Assembly: GCA_012862495.1 (NCBI GenBank)
Contig: BLSG01000115.1
Location: 61,508 to 81,507, forward strand
Length of the DNA stretch: 20,000 nt
DNA from: Thraustochytrium aureum
Taxonomy: Eukaryota
Reading direction: 5' to 3'
Shown here in pieces: positions 9,556 to 19,310 of the stretch (positions within the stretch are counted from its first letter, which is position 1; the number at the start of each line of letters is the position of its first letter). Position numbers and translations under genes: made by a program. The notes under the pieces are model-generated. The model was given only the letters and a program-made list of their open reading frames with translations. It did no database searches and was not told the DNA's origin.

Positions 9556-10503
9556 TTAGATGACGTTGTAGACGCGGATCTTGCTGTCAGAGTAGCCGGC
9601 AAAGAGCGTCGAGCCGTCGGCGCTCCAGGCGAGCGAGCAGACGAAGGGCGGCAGGTAGCGCTTGCCGGTCTGCTGGTCGTCCTCGGACTCGAGCTTGATG
9701 TCGGCGACCGTGACCTTGGACTCGAGGTCCCAGATCTTGATCGAGCCGCCGGCAGCGGCGCAGAGCCAGTAGCGGTTGGGCGAAAACACGAGGGCGTGGA
9801 TGATCTCGCCGGCCTCGAGCTTGTAGAGCAGCTTGCTCTCGCTCAGGTCCCAGAGCATGGCGACGCCGTCCTTGCCGCCCGAAGCGCACAGGGAGCCGTC
9901 CGGGCTGACGGTGACCGAGTTGAGGTAGCCGTCGTGGCCGATGAGGTTGGCCCGAAGCTTGCAGTTCGAGAGGTTCCAGACCTTGACGAGCTTGTCCCAG
10001 CCGCACGACACGATCAGCGGGTTGGTGGTCGAGGGCGAGAAGCGCACGCACGAGACCCACTCGGTGTGCTGGTCGTCGGTGATGGTAAACTTGCACTCGC
10101 CGAGGGTGTTCCAGAGCTTGATGGTGCGGTCGCGGCCACCCGAAACGATCTGGCGGTTGTCCGGGCTGAAGGCCACGGAGAGGACGTCCTTCTTGTGGCC
10201 CACAAAGCGGCGGGTCGTGGCGCCGGTGTTGAGGTCCCACAGGCGCAGGGTGCTGTCCCACGAGCACGACAGGGCAAACTGGCCATCGCTCGAGATGACG
10301 ACATCCTCCACAAAGTGGTGGTGGCCGGTCAGCGCGCGGCGCGCAAACCCGCAGGCCTCATCATGGGTGAGCGCCCAGATGATGCACGACTTGTCGCGGC
10401 TCGCGGACAGGATCATGTCCGGGTTTTCCGCGGTCGTCGCGAGCGCCGTGACCCAGCCCTCATGGCCCTCAAGCACGCCGCGAAGCGTAAGCTGCTCGCC
10501 CAT
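9556..10503 (-). CDS. RACK1: Receptor for activated C kinase 1 (WD40 beta-propeller, 40S-associated), 315 aa
   Basis: [95 protein letters not shown] and [11 protein letters not shown] are unmistakable RACK1 motifs. No coding introns. Confidence 0.99.
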   Translation of the reverse strand: MGEQLTLRGVLEGHEGWVTALATTAENPDMILSASRDKSCIIWALTHDEACGFARRALTGHHHFVEDVVISSDGQFALSCSWDSTLRLWDLNTGATTRRFVGHKKDVLSVAFSPDNRQIVSGGRDRTIKLWNTLGECKFTITDDQHTEWVSCVRFSPSTTNPLIVSCGWDKLVKVWNLSNCKLRANLIGHDGYLNSVTVSPDGSLCASGGKDGVAMLWDLSESKLLYKLEAGEIIHALVFSPNRYWLCAAAGGSIKIWDLESKVTVADIKLESEDDQQTGKRYLPPFVCSLAWSADGSTLFAGYSDSKIRVYNVI

Positions 10504-10795
10504 CCTGCCTCTTGTGTTTTCTTCCTTGCGCTNNNNNNNNNNNNNNNNNNNNNNNNNNNNNNNNNNNNNNNNNNNNNNNNNNNNNNNNNNNNNNNNNNNN
10601 NNNNNNNNNNNNNNNNNNNNNNNNNNNNNNNNNNNNNNNNNNNNNNNNNNNNNNNNNNNNNNNNNNNNNNNNNNNNNNNNNNNNNNNNNNNNNNNNNNTC
10701 GATCGATCGATGGATGGGGCTCTGCAACCCGCATGCACGCACGCGGGAGCGCCACCGCCACTCGCCCGCCCGCATGCTCTCTGTCCGGTGCCGTG

Positions 10796-10805
10796 CCCTA
10801 ACCCT
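10796..10805 (+). promoter_or_regulatory. Telo-box-like motif CCCTAACCCT upstream of RACK1
   Basis: Reads AGGGTTAGGG on the RACK1 sense strand, about 300 nt (gap included) before the ATG. Confidence 0.45.
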
Positions 10806-11159
10806 TGCGAATGCGCAGTTGTTCGCTCTGTTCTTTGCGTGGGGAGAACCCCGTTTGTTCGCTCTTTGGCGTCTGTGGTTTTGTTCGTTTGTTCGCTCGT
10901 TCGCGTCTGTGGGTTTGTTCGTTTGTTCGTTGATTGGTTTTGGTGAGAGAAGAGCGCCGCCTTGTGTTCCGTCACGGTTGTTGCATGTGTTGTGCGGTCG
11001 TGGTCGCGGTGGTCGTGGTCTTGTCGGGAACCTGCCACTGCGTGCGCTTGGTCTTGCCTTCGTGGAGTGGCTTGTCGGAATGGCGAATGACTTGGTCGTG
11101 CTGTCGTTGCCAGCTTGTCGCCGCTCGAAGGCCTTGGCCCGTCCATCTTCGCGGAATGG

Positions 11160-11283
11160 CTTGCTACGGTCTCAAGTCAGCTTCTGCTGCATTGTGCTTG
11201 CCACGGTCTCAAGACAGCTTCTGCTGCATTGTGCTTGCCACGCTCCCAAGACAGCTTCCTTCTGCTGCATTGTTCTTGCTACG
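11160..11283. repeat. 37-bp minisatellite, about 3.3 copies
   Basis: Unit cttgc(t/c)acggtctcaag(t/a)cagcttctgctgcattgtg starts at 11160, 11197 and 11234; the third copy has a 4-nt insertion. Confidence 0.9.
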
Positions 11284-11374
11284 AGTTGTCGCTTCGTTCG
11301 GTCCGCCATCAAAGATCATTTGGGATGACGGAGGCAAGCGAGAGGCGAGGCCAACGAAAATGCAGTGAATAAAA

Positions 11375-14300
11375 TTAGTACTTGCTTATTGTTGCGCGCA
11401 AGTCGACGCCCTGCTCGCAATAACCGTCGCCAAGAGCGCGGCAGTCGATGCTGCCAGGGTTGATGCCTTGCACAAACATCTTGTGCAGCACCGAATAAAA
11501 CGGGCTCCCATTCCCCGCGTCGACGTACCAGTGACTGTCCACGCCAATGTTGCAGTGGTAATCGCCCGGACCGATCAGGTGAAGCAGGTTGGTCAGGTTG
11601 CCCGGCATGTACTGGTCGTACAAGTCGTTCATCGCCGTATTCCACGCCACCTTGTCCTCCGACTTGACGATGGATCCCTCCCCGAGCTTTTGCGCCTTGA
11701 GGAAAAACGCCTGATTCCAGTCGTACGCGCTCGAAAACTGCGACCAGGTCGTGTTCGGGAACCGTGTCGCCGCCCAGCGGTACAGGAGCGGCAGAGTGAG
11801 CTCGGCAGCGTCGAGCGGCACTGTGGGCCAGTCGTCGGGCACGACAAAGAACGGGAACGCCCCCGCCTCGAGGACCTGCCACGCCGGGAACGAGTCGGCA
11901 AGAAAGTCGCTCGAGATCACGCCGAGACCCGCATCCGCCATCTGCACCACCGCAGTGGACGTGCCCTCGTATAGGTTGGACAGGTGAGCGCCCCACACGA
12001 GGGAGCCGTACGCACCCGCACTGCACCCGGTCACGAGCACGCGCGGCGGGCGCGGAATCTCTGCCTTGAGGTACTCGAAAGCGCTCCCAGCGTTAATTGC
12101 GCCACGATGCCGGATTCGCAAATTCTCCGTGTACTGCACCGTCGAGTTGCCCCAGTGCAAGTCTGCCGAGCAGTATGGCACGAAAACGTGCGTGAAGGCT
12201 GCGTACGGGCCGTTCTCGTCCTGCAGCCCGGCGGCACGGTCCGAACCCTCGATCACGCGCCGAAACGCCGCGCGGGTGTCCTCCACAGTGTCCTTGAAAG
12301 TCTGCGAGGCCCGCTGACAAGTCCGGTCGTTCCAGCACGCACCACCGCCCTCGAGTTCAAAGATCATGGGCGACCCTGGCGCACCCTTGCGTATGAAGAA
12401 CGCGTACGGAGTGCCGCGCGCACAGAGCGTCTCGCCGCCCGGACGCATCTCGACCCACTTGCCCTGCTGCAGAGAATCCCACGCTGGCATGTTGACGGTG
12501 TCGTCGTACTCGACCACGTTGGCGTCCTCGGCCTCCTCCTTGGCCTTTTCGTCGTCGACCTGGCCTGAGCGAACAACCCAGGAAACCACGCTTGCCGCGA
12601 CCACGAGCACCATGAAGAGGACGTACAGGAGGGCCGCCTTGCGAACGCTCGCCGGCGACCGGGCTTTGATGCTGTCGCTGAGGCTAGAGTCCATCCCAGC
12701 GCCAAGCACGCGCTTTTGCTTTGCGGCGTCCTCCCCCTCCTCGTCGGCGCTCTCGCCATCTGACGCCGACACTGCGCCTTCCATCTCACGTTTCAGGTAC
12801 TGCGGCACGCACACGTTTCCAGCGCGGCCCTCCGGCCCAAAGACGCTAAGCAGAGCCGGAAAGAAGAGCGCAGCGAAGGCAAACGCCGTCACGACCGCGA
12901 CGACCATGATGCGGCCAAACTTGCTGAAGAAAATGATCGTGGTAAACAGCAGGAAGACGGTGGAGAGAAGCGTCGTGAAGGCGCCCGCCAAGATCGAGGT
13001 GCCCAGTGTCGTCAGCGCGTGCTCGACGCGCTCTTCGCGCCCTTGGATGCCGCGGTCGAATTGGGCGTCGCTGTAACCCACTGCAATGTGGAGGCTAAAG
13101 TCGATCCCCACCCCGATGACGAGCACAAGGAGGACGGACTCGATGCTGCCCAGCTTGAATCCGTAGAGCACGATGCCAGCCACGACCACGACCACGACGA
13201 GCAGGATGGTGATGCTCAGCAACAGCGCAACCCGCCAGTTGCGCGTCGCCACGGTGGCCACGGCCATAACGAGAACGAGGCTGAGCACAATGGAGGACAC
13301 TGCGTTGACGACGAAGAGGAACTGGGTGCGCTGCCACACAAAGTAGATAAAGTCTGTGTAGAAGGCCTCGCCAAGCGAGTCGGGTTGCTCGGCGTTGACT
13401 TGGGCCGCGAAAGCGTCCCAGGCCTCGAGCACGTCACTCCGCTTGCCGAAGGGGTCGTCCTCGCTTATGTTGGCCACAAACTCTTGGACGGCAAACTTGA
13501 CGCGCAGCCGCTTGTCCGCTCCGCGCTCGAGCCCGACGCTTGCATAGTAGTCAAAGCCAAAGTTGGGGCGCCCGAGAAACTCCACCAGCGAGTCTTCGAA
13601 GGTCTCTGCGATTGACCCCGCCGGCACTGTTATGTTGTCGATCGTGACCGCAGCCGCTGAAGGAGGCGCAGCCCGCGGCACTGGGAAGGACTCGTTCCGG
13701 GCCTCCCGCCAGAGCGCAAAGGCCGCCATAAAGCACTGGCCCACTTCCCCGTCGTCCAGTTTCGTGCTGAGGAAGAGGCGCTCGCTGTTCTCCTCGACCG
13801 CCTTGTAGCACACATCGCGAAGGTAGAGCTGCGCGCGCTCGTCGGCCAGGTCGAAGCCGTCCGCGCTCATGAAGATCGGCTTGCCAAAGTCAAAGTCGCG
13901 CGTCTCCTTGGTATCAGCGCGGTCGATCATCGGGTCTTGCAGGCCCCAGACCATCTTGATCGACTCCGAGTTGGTGTCCGACTTTTTGAACGAGTCGAAG
14001 AGATTGTTGAGCGCGATCCCGAAGAAGTGATCGTCCTCCCAGAAGCTGAGCGCCTTCTCGGCGAGTTCGAGCTGCGCAGCCAGGGCGATCGCGGCGACGA
14101 TCACCGCGCCAAACACCGCCAAGATGGTGAGCCGTCCCTTCTTGTTGTTGATCACCTTGCGCGCGACGACGTCGCGGAAAAAGGTCTCGGTCTTCGAGCC
14201 GGCCGCCTCCCCAATGTCGTCCTCGAGCCCGGGGAGCTCTTGCGGACTCTCCGCCAGCGCGGCCGCGTCCGAGCGCGGGATCCACCGCTTGCCCTCGCCA

Positions 14301-15631
14301 AAGTAGCGGCCCCAGATTACGAGCGCTGGCAAGTACATCGCGCACACCAGGAAGAAGTTGACGAAGAGCAGCAGAGCAGTAAAGATTCCAAAGTAGCGCA
14401 CGACAGGGATGATCGAGGTCGCGAGCATGAGAAACGCGAAACCGGTGGTGATGGTCGTGCTCGCCATCGTGTAAGCGGCGCGGTGAAAGGCCCAGGCCAG
14501 GCGGCGCTCCAGCGACCAGCCTGGGCCGCGCAAGAAGCGGCGGCTCTGGAAGAACGCATCCGACATGATGAACACGTCGTCGGCGCCGATGCCGAGCAGC
14601 AGGTAGAGCGAGATGATGTTGAGCCCGCCGAAGAGCTCGATCCCGAAAACAACGCGATAGATGAAAAAGCAGACCGGGAAACTGAGCAAGACCTGAAACA
14701 GCGCCACGAGGGCCAGGAACGGCGAACCGAGGTGCAAAAGCATCACCAGCAGGACGGCCGCAAGACTGCCGCCCGCGTACACGATGTCGTTGCCCAGGAT
14801 GACCAGAACCTCGGCGTCAAAGACCGCGCTCTGGTAAAAGGTGACCACCATCTCGCTTGGGTCTTCCTGGAACTTGTCCCGCGCTGCCTTGAGAAGATCG
14901 AAGGAGGACGGTTGGCCGTCTTTGCCGCCGTCCAGCATCCACTCGAGCACCGCGTCGCGCTGCTCGTCAGACCTGTCGTCCACGTTGAGGTAGCCGGGCA
15001 GCGGCAGCCCGAGCCGCAAGCTGGTGCGTGTCATCCGGCACTTGACGTTGGTCACGTTGTCAAACTCGAGGGGAAAGTGCACAAGCGTGCCGTCTTTCTC
15101 GGCGTCGCGGTCGAGCCACATGGCCTGCAGCGCTGCGCGCATCTCCTCGTCAGTTTTCGCGTTGCGGACGTAGCGGAGCGGGGAGAGCAGCACGGCGCAG
15201 TCGCCGCTGTCGACGTCAAACAGGCAGTGGTCCTTGTACCCGGAAACGCTGATGAGCTTGTCCTCCAGGGCGGCCATCTTGGCCACGTTGGCCACGGTGA
15301 ACACGTTGTCGCTGCCTTCTTCGGCGACGTAGAGGATCATCAGCGTGTTGGCCTCGGCGGTTTGCTCGGTCACGCGCTGGTTGTTGGCGTCTCCCGAGTC
15401 GGGCCGAAGCTCGTCGAGGGACATGTACCAGGCGTCCGCGCGCTCGGCCGCGATGTCATCGCGGATGCGCAGCCCCACGAGCGGGTTGTCCAAGTTGAAA
15501 AATCCGAGGCTCAGGTACGAGCACACGACGGCCACAGCGAACGTGGTACCAATCGTCAGAAACGGAAACTTGACGCTCACGGCCACAGGCCAGGGCGTCG
15601 TCCGCAGTTGGCTCTTGCCGTCCTCGCTCAT
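11375..15631 (-). CDS. Dispatched/Patched-family RND (sterol-sensing domain) transporter fused to a C-terminal Notum/pectin acetylesterase-like hydrolase, 1418 aa
   Basis: Two 1+5 TM repeats, each with a large loop. TM4 LLGIGADDVF and TM10 IGVGIDFSLH are present, along with TMASTTITTGFAF, IRY-like VRYFGIF and LFFPALLSVFGP. An acidic linker and an extra hydrophobic helix (ALLYVLFMVLVVAASVVSWVV) follow, then PAE motifs CARGTPYAFF, LEGGGACW, FVPYCSADLHWG, VTGCSAGAYG, ADAG, SAYD and YHC. Single uninterrupted ORF. Confidence 0.9.
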   Translation of the reverse strand: MSEDGKSQLRTTPWPVAVSVKFPFLTIGTTFAVAVVCSYLSLGFFNLDNPLVGLRIRDDIAAERADAWYMSLDELRPDSGDANNQRVTEQTAEANTLMILYVAEEGSDNVFTVANVAKMAALEDKLISVSGYKDHCLFDVDSGDCAVLLSPLRYVRNAKTDEEMRAALQAMWLDRDAEKDGTLVHFPLEFDNVTNVKCRMTRTSLRLGLPLPGYLNVDDRSDEQRDAVLEWMLDGGKDGQPSSFDLLKAARDKFQEDPSEMVVTFYQSAVFDAEVLVILGNDIVYAGGSLAAVLLVMLLHLGSPFLALVALFQVLLSFPVCFFIYRVVFGIELFGGLNIISLYLLLGIGADDVFIMSDAFFQSRRFLRGPGWSLERRLAWAFHRAAYTMASTTITTGFAFLMLATSIIPVVRYFGIFTALLLFVNFFLVCAMYLPALVIWGRYFGEGKRWIPRSDAAALAESPQELPGLEDDIGEAAGSKTETFFRDVVARKVINNKKGRLTILAVFGAVIVAAIALAAQLELAEKALSFWEDDHFFGIALNNLFDSFKKSDTNSESIKMVWGLQDPMIDRADTKETRDFDFGKPIFMSADGFDLADERAQLYLRDVCYKAVEENSERLFLSTKLDDGEVGQCFMAAFALWREARNESFPVPRAAPPSAAAVTIDNITVPAGSIAETFEDSLVEFLGRPNFGFDYYASVGLERGADKRLRVKFAVQEFVANISEDDPFGKRSDVLEAWDAFAAQVNAEQPDSLGEAFYTDFIYFVWQRTQFLFVVNAVSSIVLSLVLVMAVATVATRNWRVALLLSITILLVVVVVVAGIVLYGFKLGSIESVLLVLVIGVGIDFSLHIAVGYSDAQFDRGIQGREERVEHALTTLGTSILAGAFTTLLSTVFLLFTTIIFFSKFGRIMVVAVVTAFAFAALFFPALLSVFGPEGRAGNVCVPQYLKREMEGAVSASDGESADEEGEDAAKQKRVLGAGMDSSLSDSIKARSPASVRKAALLYVLFMVLVVAASVVSWVVRSGQVDDEKAKEEAEDANVVEYDDTVNMPAWDSLQQGKWVEMRPGGETLCARGTPYAFFIRKGAPGSPMIFELEGGGACWNDRTCQRASQTFKDTVEDTRAAFRRVIEGSDRAAGLQDENGPYAAFTHVFVPYCSADLHWGNSTVQYTENLRIRHRGAINAGSAFEYLKAEIPRPPRVLVTGCSAGAYGSLVWGAHLSNLYEGTSTAVVQMADAGLGVISSDFLADSFPAWQVLEAGAFPFFVVPDDWPTVPLDAAELTLPLLYRWAATRFPNTTWSQFSSAYDWNQAFFLKAQKLGEGSIVKSEDKVAWNTAMNDLYDQYMPGNLTNLLHLIGPGDYHCNIGVDSHWYVDAGNGSPFYSVLHKMFVQGINPGSIDCRALGDGYCEQGVDLRATISKY

Positions 15632-16785
15632 TCCTCCTTTTCCTTTGCAAGCGCGCTCCTCCTCTGCTCTTCGTCAGAAGGCGCGCCGTGTTCGGCGGCA
15701 CTCGGGCTTGCGCCGGCCTCGCCACCGCTGCCAGCGACTGGGCGACTGGGGTCTGCCACGTCCCGCAGCTCCGCAAGATGCCAACTCCTGTTGAACTCGG
15801 TGGCATTCTCGTCGTGCACACCGACCAGCCACAAGGCCGAACGAATTCCAACTCGATGATCCCGAGCAGCAGGAAACAACGGCAAGCGCACACGCCTCCG
15901 CCGGCCAGCCGCTCGCTGCGATGGACGCCGAGGAAGGAACGACGCTGTGCCTTGCTCATGCCAAGGAGGATGCCTTGCTCATGGGTCCTGTGGCTCGGGA
16001 ATGGGCCTGGCCTCGAGGCGGATCCTGGACCCGGCAGCCCAAAACCACCCNNNNNNNNNNNNNNNNNNNNNNNNNNNNNNNNNNNNNNNNNNNNNNNNNN
16101 NNNNNNNNNNNNNNNNNNNNNNNNNNNNNNNNNNNNNNNNNNNNNNNNNNNNNNNNNNNNNNNNNNNNNNNNNNNNNNNNNNNNNNNNNNNNNNNNNNNN
16201 NNNNNNNNNNNNNNNNNNNNNNNNNNNNNNNNNNNNNNNNNNNNNNNNNNNCTCGTAAGGCTCTTGAGTCAAGGACGTGCGGAGTCAAGGACGCGCAGAA
16301 GCATGTTCGCGCGAGGGCGTGCCGCGTTCGGTCGAGGCGACCGCCGCAAACAGATTGCGCTGCGGCCGTTCGAACTAGTTGCTCCGTGCACGCTGTCGAG
16401 CAGTCGCTGCGCTCGTCGTGGGCCACCTCGCGTGCGTGCTCGCGAAGCTCTGGACGCTGTCGTGCTCGGGACGGACTGCGAGCTCCGAGACCGTGGCGTC
16501 TGCGAGCATGGCGTCTAGCAGCATGGCGTCTGCGCGCATGTCGTCTTTCGGCGCGTCGCTGGGCCTCCTGCAGGTCGAGCACTTGCAGGCGTACGAGATG
16601 GTGCCGCTGTGCACGATGAGCGCAGGTCGAGCTGGCGTGGACTCGAGGATCCGTCGCTTGACAGCATGGGATGGACGAACGACGGAGCTCTTCAAGCGCA
16701 AGATCGGCCGCAGTGCTACACGGCGGCTTGCTCGGCGTTGCAACGTTGGCAGCTCGTTGGCATGTGTTTCCCGCGAGCTGGCTCA

Positions 16786-19310
16786 ATGGCACGGCGCGGC
16801 GCCAGGGCCCGCTGCGCGGCTTGCAGGACCCTTGCCGCAGGCGTCGTCCTGCTGGGGTTGGTCGCGGCGTCCGCCGAAAGCTTGGGTGAAGGGCCGCGCG
16901 AGTGCGGCGGCGCGGGGAACGCTGTTGCCTGGGAAAACTGCGCCTTTGACGGGGCGCCGTCAAGCGAATGGGACGTGAACGGGGCCGGCGACCCCGAAAT
17001 CGTCGGGTTCGCAACCTCGATGAGCTATGCTCCTGGAGAACACGTGGAGCTCAAGGTGCGGACCGTGAGCGACAAGTACCGCGTGGATGTTTACCGCCTC
17101 GGGTGGTACCAGGGCCACGGCGCGAGGCTGGTCGGGACTTCAAGGCCGCACGTTCCGCTCCCCCAGGCTCAGCCGCCGTGTCTCGAGCGCAACGACACCC
17201 TTCTGTACGACTGCGGCACATGGGCGACGAGCGCGACTTGGCAGGTCCGCAGAATGCAACTTCGGGCGTGTACGTGGCTCGCCTGACACGGGAAGACTCG
17301 CTCGAGCCGCGGCCCATCGGTGCCGCGTGGCGCGTCGACTACAGCCAGGTCGGGCTGGACGCCAAGTTCCAGCGCCCGGGCCTGGACACGGAGCCAGGCC
17401 TCGGCGAAGAGTGGCCCCACAGCTACGGCGCGCATAAGCGCAGTCAAGGCGCGGGCCGCGGCCTCCGCAACGCGCTTCGCGAGCCGCGCGCGAGCCACGT
17501 GTACTTTGTTGTGCGAGACTTGGCCTCGCGCTCCGCGGTGCTCTTCCAGACCAGCGACACGACCTGGCAGGCGTACAATCGATTTGGAGGCAGCAGCACT
17601 TATGGGAGCTACAAGCCGGCCGAGCCGCGGCGGCGGTGCTTCGAGTCGAGCTACAACCGCCCCTTCGAGAACCGAGACTACAGGACCATCAACATCATCT
17701 TCGGGGCCGAGCTGCCGGCCATCCGGTTTCTCGAGCGCAACGGCTTTGACGTGTCGTACTTTAGCAGCATCGACACGCACCTGTACGGCGGCGAGCTGCT
17801 TCGCAACCACGACGTGTTCCTCTCCGTCGGCCACGACGAGTATTGGAGCGGCCAGCAACGCGCCAACGTCGAGCGTGCGCGCGACAGCGGCGTACACCTC
17901 ATGTTCTGGTCAGGCAACCAAGTTTTCTGGCGCGTCCGGTGGGAGCCGTCCCCAACAGAGCAGAGCGCGCAAGGCGGTGCCGGGGCCGGCGGTGGCGAGC
18001 AAGGGCGCAGTCGCCGGCCGAAGCCGGAGCCGCGCACCATGGTCTGCTACAAGGACACGCAAGAATCCACGAAGCTCGACCCGCACCCGCACGAGTGGAC
18101 TGGCACGTTCCGGGACAGCCGCGCCATCAACCCCCTCGGCGCGCAGCCGAAAACNGCCTGAGCGGCTTGCTCTTCACGGTCAACGCGTGGCGCAACGACC
18201 CGCTCATCGTGCCGAGGCGATTCAGCCGCGCGCCGATCTGGGCCAGCACCGAGGTGGCCGCACTGGCTGCGCAGCCTGCCTTTCGCGCCGCGTCCGAATA
18301 CACGCACCTCGGAACACAGCCCGTTTTACGGCTCGGCTGCGCTGGTCGAGCCTTGGCGTGTTTTGAAGCAAGGCATCTTGGGCCACGAGTGGGACAGTGA
18401 CGTCAACAACGGGTTTCGGCCTGCGGGTCTGGTTCGGCTCAGCGAGACGCTGGTTGACAATGTGATGCACATCCAGGACAGTGGCTCGGTGTACGACACC
18501 TCTTCCGCGGTGCACCACCTCGTTTTGCATCGCGCGCGCAAATGTGACGCGAGGCCCCCGGGCGAAGAGGCGGGCGAATGCAATGCGGTGGAGACGGGGG
18601 GGTCGAGCTCTGTCGAGCGCTGCCGTTGTGGAGCCGGCGATGCGGCTCGGCAGGGCGCCCTGGTCTTTGGCGCTGGCACGGTGCAGTGGGCTTGGGGCCT
18701 GGACCCAATGCACGACAACGAGCATGGTCTGCTCTCGCAGGACCAGAATAGGTACGACACGCGCGTGGGCTTCGACCTGACCGGCCCCGACCGGGATGTC
18801 CAGCAAGTGACTATCAACCTGTTCGCCATGATGGGCGTTGTGCCAAGTGCATTGGAGCCGGGCCTTTCGCCAGGGTCTCCGCTCCCCGCCGAGGACGCTG
18901 TGAGCAGCGGTGGAAAGTGCCACGCCGAGCCGGGGCCCCGCGGGCAGCTGAGGGTTCGCGTGGACGGCGTTCCGCCGCACCAGGTCGTGCTTGGAGTCGA
19001 GGTCCAAGAACGCTCTCAAGGCGACGCGCGCTGGCACCCGGCCGAGCACGACTTGGAGCTTTACGCAGAGGTCTTTAAAAAGCAGGGCGTGGCGGCTGGT
19101 CCGATCGAGGACGTTAAAAAGCAGGGCGTGGCGGCTGGTCCGATCGAGGACGTAGACCCAGCCTTTGGTCGCCGTTGGGTGGTGCAATGGCCGTCGCCTG
19201 GCGTTGGCGAGTTTTGGTGTCGGTTCTCAGGCGGCGCGATTGTCCTGTCTGCCGAGTCAGGGCCCTTCTCGGTTGACCCGCAGTCGCCGCCGAGCTCCTC
19301 CACAGGTTGA
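16786..19310 (+). CDS. Probably secreted N,N-dimethylformamidase beta-subunit-like protein of bacterial type; three apparent frameshifts (~17247, ~18150, ~18320)
   Basis: Signal-peptide-like N-terminus from the ATG at 16786. Motifs continue across four frame segments: NAVAWEN..G.P.SEWDVNGAGD..IVGFAT, VYRLGWYQGHGAR, SGVYVARL, FVVRD, LFQTSDTTWQAYN.FGG, SYNRPF, RFLERNGFDVSY, FLSVGHDEYWS, SGNQVFWRVRWE, LGHEWD, GALVFGAGTVQWAWGLD, QQVTINLFAMMGV.P. Confidence 0.82.
19075..19153 (+). repeat. Perfect 39-bp in-frame tandem duplication (KKQGVAAGPIEDV twice)
   Basis: ttaaaaagcagggcgtggcggctggtccgatcgaggacg occurs at 19075 and again at 19114. Confidence 0.95.

Noticed and set aside
11160..11283. Possible CRISPR array (37-bp repeats)
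   Set aside because: The units are head-to-tail with no unique spacers, there are no cas genes, and the context is eukaryotic.
7802..15859. Long plus-strand ORFs (7802..9163, 9796..11328, 13937..15859 and others)
   Set aside because: They are antisense shadows of GC3-rich real genes and carry no recognisable motifs.
16252..16780. Possible small gene between the gap and the DMFase-like gene (short GCATGGCGTCT repeats; ORFs on both strands)
   Set aside because: There is no recognisable motif, no clear start and no preferred strand.
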